Shown: in pieces, positions 13,901 through 26,500 of the stretch
How positions within the stretch are numbered: the stretch's first letter is position 1
How the letters are laid out: each line of letters starts with the position of its first letter
NCBI GenBank assembly: GCA_020137815.1
Contig: CM035358.1
Coordinates: 6,076,001 to 6,140,000 of the forward strand
Length of the DNA stretch: 64,000 bases
Direction of reading: 5' to 3'
From: Hormiphora californensis
Taxonomy: Eukaryota > Animalia > Ctenophora
The notes under the pieces: generated by a model
Databases searched by the model: none
Seen by the model: only the letters and a program-made list of their open reading frames with translations
Told to the model about the DNA's origin: nothing
Made by a program: the position numbers and the translations under genes

Positions 13901-13957
13901 CAGTTTGCCGCGGTGCCCAGCATGCATTCATCCACAACCAGTTCACGATCAGGGTAA
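5065..13957 (+). CDS. Uncharacterised single-pass membrane protein (first coding exon not located)
   Basis: Phase-consistent GT-AG exons 5065-5183, 7426-7516, 9835-9901, 12830-12970, 13765-13957(TAA). They read VYGGVELCAG...HHNQ/TGNNMTG...LFTL/GVLIGFCVFAVLAFSMTVVCWVR (TM helix)/VFSQPKKPK.../SQDSPARQQDMPESEDE...IVNPNF...SRSG*. Confidence 0.75.
6512..7329. mobile_element. Non-autonomous Transib-type DNA transposon
   Basis: Ends CACAGTG...CACTGTG, 5-bp GC-rich TSD CCCTC on both sides, second TIR block GATGGTCGTTTAG, AT-rich non-coding interior. Confidence 0.85.
7330..7425 (+). repeat. 21-bp tandem repeat (about 4.5 copies) ending at a splice acceptor
   Basis: Unit CCCTCTTCCTAATCATCCTCC contains a branch-like CTAAT; the last copy ends in CCTAG at 7425. 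Confidence 0.85.
8304..9565 (+). repeat. About 52-bp minisatellite (about 25 copies) carrying a consensus donor AAG|GTGAGT
   Basis: Unit GTATCTGTTGATGTCGGTACAGAAGGTGAGTAGTGTGTGTGGGGGTGGTAAA, with 44-53 bp variants. Confidence 0.95.
11820..12410. other. Probable low-quality/unpolished assembly segment
   Basis: Made almost entirely of A/G/C/T homopolymer runs; the K/G/F-rich ORFs have no domain signal. Confidence 0.75.
12416..12829 (+). repeat. 31-bp minisatellite (about 13 copies) of acceptor plus branch point
   Basis: Unit TTCCCTCAGTCACCCACTAACCCCTGCTATC; the array ends at the functional CCCTCAG|12830. Confidence 0.95.
13130..13798 (+). repeat. About 70-105-bp tandem repeat of the acceptor plus first ~33 nt of the last exon (7 copies)
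   Basis: CAG|TCAGGACAGCCCCGCCCGACAACAAGACATGCCC occurs after 13201, 13304, 13408, 13510, 13593, 13666 and 13764. Confidence 0.9.
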
Positions 13958-14061
13958 TACTCGTTGAGTAAGGGGCGGTAAGGGTAATATACTGTCATTG
14001 CGCTGACCCTTTCCTGTGCTCTTAATCTCTCTATAAGCGAGGCTGCGAGGATAGTGGTCAG

Positions 14062-14170
14062 CAGGAACCGACCGAATCAGGAAATACTGGTCCCTGGTTG
14101 GCTGATAACTAGTCACGTGACCTAAATAACGAGTTCTGATTGGTTGTTTACTTGTTTCGGTCGGTTCCTG
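14062..14170 (+). mobile_element. 109-bp hAT-type MITE, copy 2
   Basis: Same TIRs as the copy at 2213; TSD GTGGTCAG. Confidence 0.9.
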
Positions 14171-14499
14171 GTGGTCAGGCATCAGAATTACAGGGTACAC
14201 TTTCTCACTGCTACCTATAATATTGGACTAGTTACTCATCCAATATATATTGGACAATATTTGAAATGCTATTTGTCTTCAAAAACAAGTGGACCATGTT
14301 TCTTTCGGGTTTGTAAATGAATGGAAAATCTTGTGGGCAGGGATTGAACTAAATTTCAGCTTATACTGAAATTAGTTTTAGTTCGTTTAATGGCTAGTCC
14401 CATCTGAAAATCAGTATGGACAGGTTTTCAGTGGAGTCTGAGACAAATAGACAGACATATATTGACAGACTGACGTCTGACAGAGACAGTAAGACAGAG

Positions 14500-14605
14500 A
14501 TTGAGAAAGATCACAGACAGAGACAGAGAAAGAGACAGAGACAGAGACATAGACAGAGAAGGAGACAGAGACAGAGACAGAGACAGAGAAGGAGACAGAG
14601 ACAAT
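14500..14605. repeat. (GACAGA)n microsatellite
   Basis: Read directly. Confidence 0.85.
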
Positions 14606-15174
14606 TGAGAGTGAATCAGAGATTGAATCAGGCTGATTCAATCAGATTCAGAGAGAGAGATTTAAATTAATTATAATTTGAGAGAGATAATTGAAACTGA
14701 TTTCAAAAGAGTTTTGCAAGTGTAGTTTTTTAAATCAAAATCCCAATCTGCATGTTAATTCGCCCATCATCAATGTTCACAATTGGGTACAAAATTATGT
14801 AAATAGAAAGTTGTATAAGACAAAATATCGAGCATATTTCAGATGGTTAAAATTATTTTTAGTTTTTCAGCTCACCCATTATTTTAATTAGGTCAAATTC
14901 TACACCAATCACAAATAGTATATACAATCACCCATTATGATTATCTAGCCAGCAGTCTGAGATTATTATTTTAATCAGATTTTTGGGAGCTTTAGTGTTT
15001 GTGTCTAGTGTTTCAGATTCTGGAATGTGTACGTGATCACCTTGTGTCTTTGGTAACGAAATAACCCATCCCTTGCCAGCGCGCGAAGGGGTTATTTCGT
15101 AACCAACTCGTGTCTTTGAGTTTGCATTTGGTTCTAGTTGCATTTGATTCTGTGTAATGTGATTCTGCGTGTGA

Positions 15175-16498
15175 CACGGCGTGCCTGGTGAAATTTTAAC
15201 ACGACCTAGCATGCGACGGGAAACCACCACTTGTACGTGGTAGCTGAGGGTCTACAGAATGGCGCTACGGTGCGGGATAAAAAAATCCATTCCCTAAAAT
15301 CTTTTTTTTTACTTTTATTTGATTTGGGTCAAAATTGGCTATATTAAACGTGGTCCCGAAAAATCCATAATGACTTAGCACACGAAATATGTCACCCCTA
15401 CCTATTTTTGCACGTAGAATCGATTGCCGTTGAAGTCGAATCTCTAAAATGACTGTAAAATGGTCAAAAGTTGATTTTTTACCATTTTTTGGAGGTTTTT
15501 GGCCCCTAAACCAATGAAAACGTTGAGATATGAATTTGAAACTAGTGCCAATCGTTAAAATGGTCATTTTTCTACCAAGAACCAAGTTTTCGTGTATATC
15601 CGATTTATGGTTAGATTTGGGCAAATTGTTGAAATCTGCCAACTAGGAGAACCGTACCTTGATTTTTTCTTTTTTTATATTTTGGCATTTTTGACAAACT
15701 TCTGATTGAAATGGCCAGTCGGGACCATGCTTAAGTTGTTTATGGGATAATTTTTGACTAAAATCCAAGATTTCATACCAATCCAATAACAGATCGTTGA
15801 TTTATAGAAAATTTAAGTAGGCAAGACGGTCAAAATAACAACTTTTTTTTGCTTATTTTGACCGTTTTGCCTACCTAAATTTTCTATAAATCAACGATCT
15901 GTTATTGGATTTTAGTCAAAAATTATCCCATAAACAACTTAAGCATAGTCCCGACTGGCCATTTCAATCAGAAGTTTGTCAAAAATGCCAAAATATAAAA
16001 AAAGAAAAAATCAAGGTACGGTTCTCCTAGTTGGCAGATTTCAACAATTTGCCCAAATCTAATCATAAATCGGATATACACGAAAACTTGGTTCTTGGTA
16101 GAAAAATGACCATTTTAACGATTGGCACTAGTTTCAAATTCATATCTCAACGTTTTCATTGGTTTAGGGGCCAAAAACCTCCAAAAAATGGTAAAAAATC
16201 AACTTTTGACCATTTTACAGTCATTTTAGAGATTCGACTTCAACGGCAATCGATTCTACGTGCAAAAATAGGTAGGGGTGACATATTTCGTGTGCTAAGT
16301 CATTATGGATTTTTCGGGACCACGTTTAATATAGCCAATTTTGACCCAAATCAAATAAAAGTAAAAAAAAAGATTTTAGGGAATGGATTTTTTTATCCCG
16401 CACCGTAGCGCCATTCTGTAGACCCTCAGCTACCACGTACAAGTGGTGGTTTCCCGTCGCATGCTAGGTCGTGTTAAAATTTCACCAGGCACGCCGTG
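15175..16498. mobile_element. 1.3-kb palindromic (foldback) non-autonomous element, Chapaev/CMC-like
   Basis: Near-perfect arms of about 650 bp centred near 15845; CAC..GTG termini; 4-bp TSD GTGA. The identical mirror ORFs 15265-15642(-) and 16031-16408(+) confirm the symmetry. Confidence 0.85.
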
Positions 16499-18379
16499 GT
16501 GAGAGTGTGATATACTGATTATGTAGAAGATATTTTTTTGAAAACTGTGTGATTGTCTTTCCAGCCTTGAGGGGTTCGCGAAAAATCGCGCGCGAAAAAA
16601 GAGGGCGCGACGTGCCCAATTTCCAGCCCCTTTTGAGAAGAAAATGATGTATTTTTGATTTTGTTGATACCAAGGAAAAGCTTCAAGTTGACTGTATGGC
16701 GGTGCCCATGCTCCAATTTGATTCTCAAATGGGGTCAGGTGGGTCGGCGGCGCCAGACAGCAAATCGAGCCATGTCAATTGGGCACGTAGTGTAGGGGTG
16801 GCTGCGTCACCAAGCACGTAGCGGCCCCTCTGTAGAACTAGAACAGAGGGGGGGGGGGCGACGTGCCCACCGCCCCTCTGTGTTCGCGCTGCAGCCGCTG
16901 CTACCACCCCAGAGATGTTTGTTGAGTAACACTCTTCCCCCTTACTCAACAAAGAGATGTAATGTGAGGGCCCTGCTAAAGAATATCAGCTAGACTCTGT
17001 ATCTGTTATGGAAGTAGGGCGAGACTGATCACAAATACACGTGCCGAATTGGCACTTTTGCACGTTTACCTGCTATTAAATCGCGCTACCCTTGGTGCAG
17101 CTGTTGAAGCCTTTCCTTCCCAGTTGTTTCTCAACAACTTCCCAGTAGTACAAAGATTTAAACAGCGAGATTTTAAAACTGATAACTTATGAAAGAGGGA
17201 AATGATACAGTAATAATTCTCTATCAATATTCACAATTCACATTATATGTGACAGCTGTCAGAGCATTGGGCTGACAGTGTGACAGTGAAGAGACGTGGG
17301 GGATCAGTAATTAATGGAGGTCATATTATGTCATGGTGTGTCTCACTCTCAAAATATGTTGGATCGGAGTTGTCAAAAAATAACAATAAAACATCGCACT
17401 CACTACATGACATTTCTTTGGCATACAAATACATGGTAAGGGCAAGAACATAATATTATATCAAGTTTATATTCTGCGAATTGTGCCAAAACTGAAAATA
17501 CAGTTGGTGAAATATGTGTGTGAAATATAAAAAACCCTCGGGTGATGGCTAGCTCGACCCTCTTTTCGTGAGCTGTAACTGTATGGCGGCGCCCTCAGAT
17601 GGGTCGCGGCGCCAGACAGAGCTGTAAAGGAGGGTTAGAACATAACAACCTCGGGTGATGCAGATGGCTCTCAAATATCGTAAGACAGGACAATATACAA
17701 TATCAGATAAACCGATCGATTAGGAGCTCATATTCTGTCAGCGCGATGCCCTGTCTGGCGGCACCAGACCCCGATTTGAGCTTGAGATGCAGTATGCTGA
17801 GCGTTCAAATGGGGTCCGCGGCGCCAGACAGGCGATGCCTGACCTCTCTCTAATTCGCTGATCCTGACAGAGCTCATTTGGTTTTGGCAGCAGAATTAAG
17901 ATTGGACAATAAATCAGTTGACAGTTAGCTAGTAAAACAAATGTCCATCAAAATGTCTCTTTCGCTAGCTTCAAAGTGTCTTTTTCCATCGCTAGCTGTG
18001 TCTGCGTGGCATGGTCCATCACTAGGTTTGGGGTGACTAGTAGATCCCGTACATTGCTCAATGTCCCGTCAGTAGAAACACGGTCACAGCAACGATCACC
18101 AAGAACAAATTACACACCCTGAGGAAATGAAATATTAATGAATTGTCTTGTTGAGTAACAAGAATTGTCAACAATTCCTAACGAACGAAATTCATAATTT
18201 GTTGTTGAGGGGCTCCAGTTCCACCCCTTACTCAACAAATAATTTGAGGCATTGATCGGTCACCGGGTATACAACATATCAATATTCTTGTTTTTATTTT
18301 ACTAACCCTGATTGTGCGGAACTGTCAAGTCTCTTGACGGCCCCCACGTCTGTCTGCTCGAGGGTGTTGTTTAACAGGG

Positions 18380-20060
18380 GAAAACCCTTTTTCGTAATCC
18401 CGCAAACACGTTTTTTTGTTCCTGGGGAAGGGGGGGAGGGGAGGTTGGGAAGGGGGAAGGGGGGGTTTCCCTTTTAGGGGGGGTAATTTGGGGACAGGGA
18501 GGGGGACATAAAATTGGGTGGTCCCAAAACATTTTAAAAGGGGAGAAAATTGAAGGGAGGTGGGGGGGGGTGGTCCTGGGAAAAGGGAATGGGTTTTTGA
18601 AAAGGGGAAAAGGGGGAGCTTTGATAAGGGAAAAACGTTTTAAATTTTTTTCCCCCCCCTTAAAAAATGAAAAACCCCCCTTTTTTAAAAGGAAAGGGAG
18701 GGCAAAAGCCCAAGGGAAGTCTCCACTTTCCTATTAAAAATTAAAAAATTGTGGTTTTGAAATTAAATTTTTAAAATAATGTTGATTTTTCTTAGCTTTG
18801 TAGGTTTTTGGGGGGGGGTTTTGGAAAACTTGATTTGAGATTTGGGGGAAAAAAAAATTTTTTTTAAAATCTCTCTCTCTGTTTAAATCTCTCTGGGAAA
18901 TCTCTATTGGGCTGATAACAGCAAATTTTCTCGGGGATGAGGTGCAATGATGATCAAACCCTTAAAAGTCGAATATGTCGAGCCCTAAAAACATGTGGTA
19001 TAGTAGAGTGAAAGGGGATAGAGAAGACGCACAAGTGGTCGGCAATAGATGAATTGCCCTCTGTTGACAGAGAAAGATAGGGTTGTGAAGAGCGCAAAGG
19101 ATGGGCTGAAAACAAAAAAGGGGAAAAAGAGAGGAGAGAGAGAGAGAAAGGGGAGAGGAAAAGGAGAGAAGGGGGAAAGAAAGAGAAAAAGGGTAAAAAG
19201 AGAGAGAGAAGAGGGGGAGAGAGAGGGGAAAAAGAGAGGAGAGCGAGGATAGGAAAAAGAGAGAAGAGAGAGAAGAAGGGGAGAGAGGCTGAGAGAGAGA
19301 GGGGAGATAAAAAGGGGAAAGGAGAGAGAGAAAGAGAAGAGAAGAGAAAGGGGGGAAAAAAACCGGGGGAAAAAAAAGGGGGAAAAGGGGCCGAGCCGGG
19401 AAAGGGGTGGAAGGGAAAATGATGAGTGCTCTGTAACACTAAAACCAAAATCGAAAAACAAAATGCCCGGGAGTTGTAAAATTTTTTTTTTGAAAAAATA
19501 GGGGGAGAAATGGAGATAGATGGAAAAGAGGTGAGGGGTGAAACAGGGGGGGGTTTTTGGGGCGAAGGGGGTCAAAGCGAGGTAATGTGTTTTGGATTTT
19601 GACCATTTACTGGGAACCCGGGGTTAAACGAATGATCGAAAAAAACGAAAAAATCGAATCGAATTTTGAAATGAGTATTTTTTTTTAGCTCAAATCAATC
19701 GGATTTTTTTACCCCCAAAATCGAATCGAGATTTGAAACTGAAAAATTTTTTTTTAAAACGGGTCAAAGGAAAAAAACGAATCGGATCGAAAACGAAAAT
19801 TTTTTAACCCCAAAAAATCGAATCGAGGGTCGAATCGATATTTTTGAATCGCCGAAAGATCGAAAAAGAATCGAAACCCAAAATTTTTTGATCGCCCCCA
19901 AAGAAAAGAATCGGGATCGAATCGAAAAATTTTTGGTTTGTTTTTAAAAAAAGAAACGGAAAAACGAAAACCCAAAAAAAAAATATCCCCTTTCCCCGGT
20001 TTTCCCAACCTGACTTTCCCCTTTTTCCTTTTTTCTCTTCTCTTTCCCTTTTGAAAATTA
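18380..20060. other. Probable low-quality/unpolished assembly segment
   Basis: Homopolymer-inflated sequence containing degraded (GA)n and AATCG-repeat tracts. Confidence 0.75.
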
Positions 20061-20593
20061 AAAAATCGAGACACAGAATTTTGTACTATCTCTTCCCCCC
20101 CTTCCGGGTTTTAGTCTCCCTGACTTCTTTGTATGTGGTTTTATTGGAATGTTGTACTACAACTTGTAGTCAACTAGCATTTCTTGGAATGTAGTAGTAG
20201 TAGTCAACTGACATACAACATTCCCACATATATCCGGGAAGTATTGCACGTGGCGCCAGATTACTTGACATGAGCTAATCTAGTAGGCAGCTGGGGTGAT
20301 GAAGTAGTGATCTAGTATGGAGGGGTGATGTAGTGATCTAGTAGGGGTGATGAAGGGAAGGAAGTGAGTGAAGTAACCAGACAAGGAAGATGAAGATTGA
20401 TCTGTCAACAACATAATACATCAATACATTACATCATTGCAAGCTGTATTTTGAGCAATTCAGATAAAACCAAGAAAAACCAAACTTACCCCGCTGTCAG
20501 AAATTCGCGTGGCGGAATCTGCATCCAGGCGAATGCAGATTTTTCTTCGCGAATGTCTGACGGAGGAGCCTAACTTAACAACTCAAAAATCAC

Positions 20594-23500
20594 TTACTCT
20601 TCAGTGACGACATTGATACTTCCGTCCACTATGATGACATTCCCAGGTGGTCCAGTGGTTTGGGGTAAATCCTGGGGTGTTGTAGGGACTTCCTTCTCTT
20701 CTTCTTCCTTTTTGGGAACAACTACCAGGGCCTCAGTGGTCGGGATAACTGCTGAGAGGAATAGAGGGAATGGGGATGGTGGAGAGGGAGGGACTGCTAG
20801 AGGAATGGAGAGGGAGGGACTGCTAGAGGAATAGGGAGGGCGGAGAGGAAGAGATTGCTAGAGGAATGGAGAGGGAGGGACTGCTAGAGGAATAGGGAGG
20901 GCGGAGAGGAAGAGACTGCTAGAGGAATAGGGAGGGTGGAGAGGAAGAGATTGCTAGAGGAATGGGGAGGGTGGAGAGGGAGGGACTGCTAGAGGAATGG
21001 GGAGGGTGGAGAGGAAGAGATTTGTTAGAGGAATAGGGAGGGTGGAGAGGGAGGGACTGCTAGAGGAATGGGGAGGGCGGAGAGGAAGAGATTGCTAGAG
21101 GAATGGGGGAGGGTGGAGAGGGAGGGACTGCTAGAGGAATGGGGAGGGTGGAGAGGAAGAGATTGTTAGAGGAATAGGGAGGGTGGAGAGGGAGGGACTG
21201 CTAGAGGAATGGGGAGGGCGGAGAGGAAGAGATTGCTAGAGGAATGGGGAGGGTGGAGAGGAAGAGATTGCTAGAGGAATGGGGAGGGTGGAGAGGGAGG
21301 GACTGCTAGAGGAATGGGGAGGGTGGAGAGGAAGAGATTGTTAGAGGAATAGGGAGGGTGGAGAGGGAGGGACTGCTAGAGGAATGGGGAGGGCGGAAAG
21401 GAAGAGATTGCTAGAGGAATGGGGAGGGTGGAGAGGAAGAGATTGCTAGAGGAATGGGGAGGGTGGAGAGGAAGAGATTGCTAGAGGAATGGGGAGGGTG
21501 GAGAGGAAGAGACTGCTAGAGGAATAGGGAGGGTGGAGAGGAAGAGATTGCTAGAGGAATGGAGAGGGAGGGACTGCTAGAGGAATAGGGAGGGCGGAGA
21601 GGAAGAGACTGCTAGAGGAATAGGGAGGGTGGAGAGGAAGAGATTGCTAGAGGAATGGGGAGGGTGGAGAGGGAGGGACTGCTAGAGGAATGGGGAGGGT
21701 GGAGAGGAAGAGATTGTTAGAGGAATAGGGAGGGTGGAGAGGGAGGGACTGCTAGAGGAATGGGGAGGGCGGAGAGGAAGAGATTGCTAGAGGAATGGGG
21801 AGGGTGGAGAGGGAGGGACTGCTAGAGGAATGGGGAGGGTGGAGAGGAAGAGATTGCTAGAGGAATGGGGAGGGTGGAGAGGAAGAGATTGCTAGAGGAA
21901 TGGGGAGGGTGGAGAGGAAGAGATTGCTAGAGGAATGGGGAGGGTGGGAGAGGAAGAGATTGCTAGAGGAATGGGGAGGGTGGAGAGGAGAGATTGCTAG
22001 AGGAATGGGGAGGGTGGAGAGGAAGAGATTGTTAGAGGAATAGGGAGGGTGGAGAGGGAGGGACTGCTAGAGGAATGGGGAGGGCGGAGAGGAAGAGATT
22101 GCTAGAGGAATGGAGAGGGAGGGACTGCTAGAGGAATAGGGAGGGCGGAGAGGAAGAGACTGCTAGAGGAATAGGGAGGGTGGAGAGGAAGAGATTGCTA
22201 GAGGAATGGGGAGGGTGGAGAGGGAGGGACTGCTAGAGGAATGGGGAGGGTGGAGAGGAAGAGATTGTTAGAGGAATAGGGAGGGTGGAGAGGGAGGGAC
22301 TGCTAGAGGAATGGGGAGGGCGGAGAGGAAGAGATTGCTAGAGGAATGGGGAGGGTGGAGAGGAAGAGATTGCTAGAGGAATGGGGAGGGTGGAGAGGAA
22401 GAGATTGCTAGAGGAATGGGGAGGGTGGAGAGGAAGAGATTGCTAGAGGAATGGGGAGGGTGGAGAGGAAGAGATTGCTAGAGGAATGGGGAGGGTGGAG
22501 AGGAAGAGATTGCTAGAGGAATGGGGAGGGTGGAGAGGAAGAGATTGCTAGAGGAATGGGGAGGGTGGAGAGGGAGGGACTGCTAGAGGAATGGGGAGGG
22601 TGGAGAGGAAGAGATTGCTAGAGGAATGGAGAGGGTGGAGAGGAAGAGATTGCTAGAGGAATGGGGAGGGTGGAGAGGAAGAGATTGCTAGAGGAATGGG
22701 GAGGGTGGAGAGGAAGAGATTGCTAGAGGAATGGGGAGGGTGGAGAGGAAGGGGGGGGGGCCGGCTGAAGTTTTTGAAGTTTTTGAAGTCAACTTCAAAA
22801 ACTTCAAAGAGAAACTTAGGGTGGAAAACTTCAAAAACTTCAAAAACTTCAAAAACTCATATCTCCTTAACCGTTGGAGATAGGCCCTATGTTGCTTCAT
22901 AACTCTTATATAAACTTGCATATTCCGAACAAGATTCACCCCTTTAAAAAGCCTATAGTCACTCATAAACCATTAAAACTGATCTAGCCCAAAAAAAGTC
23001 ATGCACACACACAAAATTATGAAAATATCCCATTATCCCTCGAATTAGATGAGATGGAGACTTCATTTTGGCACGTACCCCCACTAACTCGAGGCCGCTG
23101 ATGATTTTGGTGTCCATATTTTTTTCACTACTCCCTTCATAAAAAATTTGCATTTTATGAAACTGGCAAAAAGGGTGTGGCCCCGAAAAAATTTTTGAAA
23201 ATTTACTTCATAATTTTTAAACACTTTCTTAGCTTTTTTTAGGCAATTTTTTGAGTTATAGAATGAAAATAAAATCTGTTTTTACAAAAAAATTATGGTT
23301 TTTACACCAAATTGTGCCATGGATTTCATGGCTAGGAATCATTGTAAATATCCTAATTTGTGGTAGAAAAAGGGCAGACAAGGACGGATAACTTTGCCAC
23401 AATATGTATTAAGTATGAAACTAACCTAAACAAGTGTAATAATAGTCATTGATAGCATATAAAAGTATTTTAGAGTTTTTGAAGTTTTTGAAGTTTTTGA

Positions 23501-26500
23501 AGTCAACTTCAAAAACTTCAAAAACTCAAAAAGTAGGGTGGAAAACTTCAAACTTCAAAAACTTCAGCCGGCCCCCCCCCCAGAGGAAGAGACTGCTCAA
23601 GGACTTGTTAGGGGGAGAGGAAGGGCGAGAGAGTTTTGTGAGTGTGTGGTTGACACTTGACATCGGTCACAAATAGAGACGAAGAATAAAAGATGTGGTT
23701 TGGGTTGGTGGCGCCGTCACTCACTTTGCGGGCTTCGTTTTGGCGTGCTACGGCCTACGCACGCGAGTTGTAACGGTGACCGCGTCACCAATGGTTTGGG
23801 GGAGCTGAATGGGGTGGTTTGGGGAGCTGAATGGGGTGGTTTGGGGAGATAAATGAGGTGGTTTGGGGAGATAAATGAGGTGGTTTTGGGAGCTAAATGG
23901 GGTGGTTTGGGGAGGATAAGAGAGGTGGTTTGGGGAGATAAATGAGGTGGTTTGGGGAGATAAGAGAGGTGGTTTGGGGAGCTAAATGGGGTGGTTTGGG
24001 GAGATAAGAGAGGTGGTTTGGGGAGATAAGAGAGGTGGTTTGGGGAGATAAGAGAGGTGGTTTGGGGAGATAAGAGAGGTGGTTTGGGGAGATAAGAGAG
24101 GTGGTTTGGGGAGCTAAATGGGGTGGTTTGGGGAGCTGAATGGGGTGGTTTGGGGAGATAAGAGAGGTGGTTTGGGGGAGCTAAATGAGGTGGTTTGGGG
24201 AAGCTGAATGGGGTGGTTTGGGGAGATAAGAGAGGTGGTTTGGGGAGATAAGAGAGGTGGTTTGGGGAGCTGAATGGGGTGGTTTGGGGAGATAAGAGAG
24301 GTGGTTTGGGGAGATAAGAGAGGTGGTTTGGGGAGATAAGAGAGGTGGTTTGGGGAGATAAGAGAGGTGGTTTGGGGAGATAAATGAGGTGGTTTGGGGA
24401 GATAAGAGAGGTGGTTTGGGGAGATAAGAGAGGTGGTTTGGGGAGATAAATGAGGTGGTTTGGGGAAGATAAAAGACGTGATTTGGGGGAGCTAAATGGG
24501 GTGGTTTGGGGGAGATAAATGGGGGAATGTTTCGCGGCATTGTGGGGTTGTTTACTCACGTTCTTGTGTCAGAGTAATGAGACTAGAAGCAATCTCCTTA
24601 TGAACGGTAGTCTTCTGCTCTTCCTGATTCTTCCTAATTAACTCCTCCTCGGTCTTCCTCATCTCCTCCTCCTCCTCCACCTCTTCCTCACTCACTAACA
24701 CCTCCACAGTCTCCTCGTCTACAACATCCTCGGTAGCAGGAACACTAACCACTCCACTGACATTTGGTGGTTTCCCAGTGGTTACTGGAGTGTTCAGGGT
24801 TCCGGAGTAGGGCCCAGTGGTCTGCTCTCCTGTATACGGGTATTCCGTTTGGTGACCTGGTGTGTGCGGAAAGGGGGCTGTTATAATCAGGTGTGTTAAT
24901 TAGTGGCCCAATTAGGAGGGTTTTATTGTATTGGAAAACTGTGAAATAAAACTGGCGATAAGATCAAAGAAATTAATTGGTTGATATATATCGGGATCTT
25001 TGTCTAGACTGAAACTCAAAACTTCACTGTCTGGCACACCCAAAACGGCAGTGAAATCTTTAAAAAAATGGGTACATCTCTTTGCAGTAAATTAATAAAC
25101 TAAGTCAATTAATTACATCCCCAATATATTGTAGGCACCTACCTGAAGTTTGGTGATTAAGGGGTGCAGTGGTGTGTTCGTCATCAGGGGTTTTGTGACA
25201 GGACTCCATGTGACACTGAGCCAAATCACAATCCATCTGACGGGGAGAATATTTTACTATTTTTGTTACTTTGGGGCCCTTAATTCTGCTCTACTCCTCC
25301 CTCTAAATCTTGGCACTCTTGTACAACCTAGCCCAAGGAGAAAAGCTCGAGCCAGGGTCGAACTTCACAAGCAGAGATTTGTGAAATTTCCTGCGGTTAA
25401 AATATTATCCCCATACAATACTAAAATTATGTATGCAGGCATGTGCCAAATATATTCAGGAAAGAATTCCCTGCTGCACGGTCTCACACGAAGCCAAAGT
25501 GATTTTATTCTTCTAAGGAAAGAAACTCGGAGTAGCAAGAGTCTTTGAACCAGCCCAATGATTACTACTGCTGAGAATCTATCGAAAGAAAATACCAATC
25601 ATATATTATCCGAATTACTCTAAACCTGTCCAACCACCACCATTCTCCCTCTTAGTTGGATGGAGCTCCCATGTTGACCCCCATGGCCCACCCCAATAAC
25701 TCCCACCATCATCCTTACCACATAGGTCACTTACCACTCGACTAGATGATCTTGTAAGTCATTACTTACCAGTCGACTAGAAGATCTTGTAAGTCGAATT
25801 ACTTACCAGTCGACTAGATGATCTTGTAAGTCATTACTTACCAGTCGACTAGATGATCTTGTAAGTCATTACTTACCAGTCGACTAGATGATCTTGTAAG
25901 TCATTACTTACCAGTCGACTAGATGATCTTGTAAGTCATTACTTACCAGTCGACTAGATGATCTTGTAAGTCATTACTTACCAGTCGACTAGATGATCTT
26001 GTAAGTCATTACTTACCAGTCGACTAGAAGATCTTGTAAGTCATTACTTACCAGTCGACTAGAAGATCTTGTAAGTCATTACTTACCAGTCGACTAGAAG
26101 ATCTTGTAAGTCATTACTTACCAGTCGACTAGATGATCTTGTAAGTCATTACTTACCAGTCGACTAGATGATCTTGTAAGTCATTACTTACCAGTCGACT
26201 AGAAGATCTTGTAAGTCATTACTTACCAGTCGACTAGATGATCTTGTAAGTCATTACTTACCAGTCGACTAGAAGATCTTGTAAGTCATTACTTACCAGT
26301 CGACTAGATGATATTGTAAGTCATTACTTACCAGTCGACTAGATGATCTTGTTAGGAAGTCATTACAGTTGTTACTCTGACAGATGGCTGCTCGACATCT
26401 GACTATCAGACCGTCAGTGCTCCTCACCAGATTCCTACACATGTCAGCACCCACCTTGGCTGAGGGGGTAATAGGAAATATGAAGGGCTAGGGAGTGAAT

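Noticed and set aside
15265-16408. Two identical 125-aa ORFs suggesting a duplicated gene
   Set aside because: They are mirror images from the palindromic transposon arms with no transposase motifs; the same applies to the ORF pairs at 28230-29116 and 38748-39867.
18954-20074. Phe/Ser/Leu-rich ORFs resembling membrane proteins
   Set aside because: Antisense reading of degraded GA-rich, low-quality sequence.
20157-20569. Extra 3' coding exons for the LU-like gene
   Set aside because: They would need a 28-nt intron and the phases do not match; the in-frame TAA at 20594 is the simpler end.
23717-24559. 280-aa Pro-rich repeat protein
   Set aside because: Translation of a 22-bp intronic minisatellite whose unit is not a multiple of 3.
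25729-26351. CRISPR-like 35-bp partly palindromic repeats (likewise the 52-, 51- and 79-bp arrays)
   Set aside because: Units are head-to-tail with no unique spacers, there are no cas genes, and the context is a eukaryotic intron.
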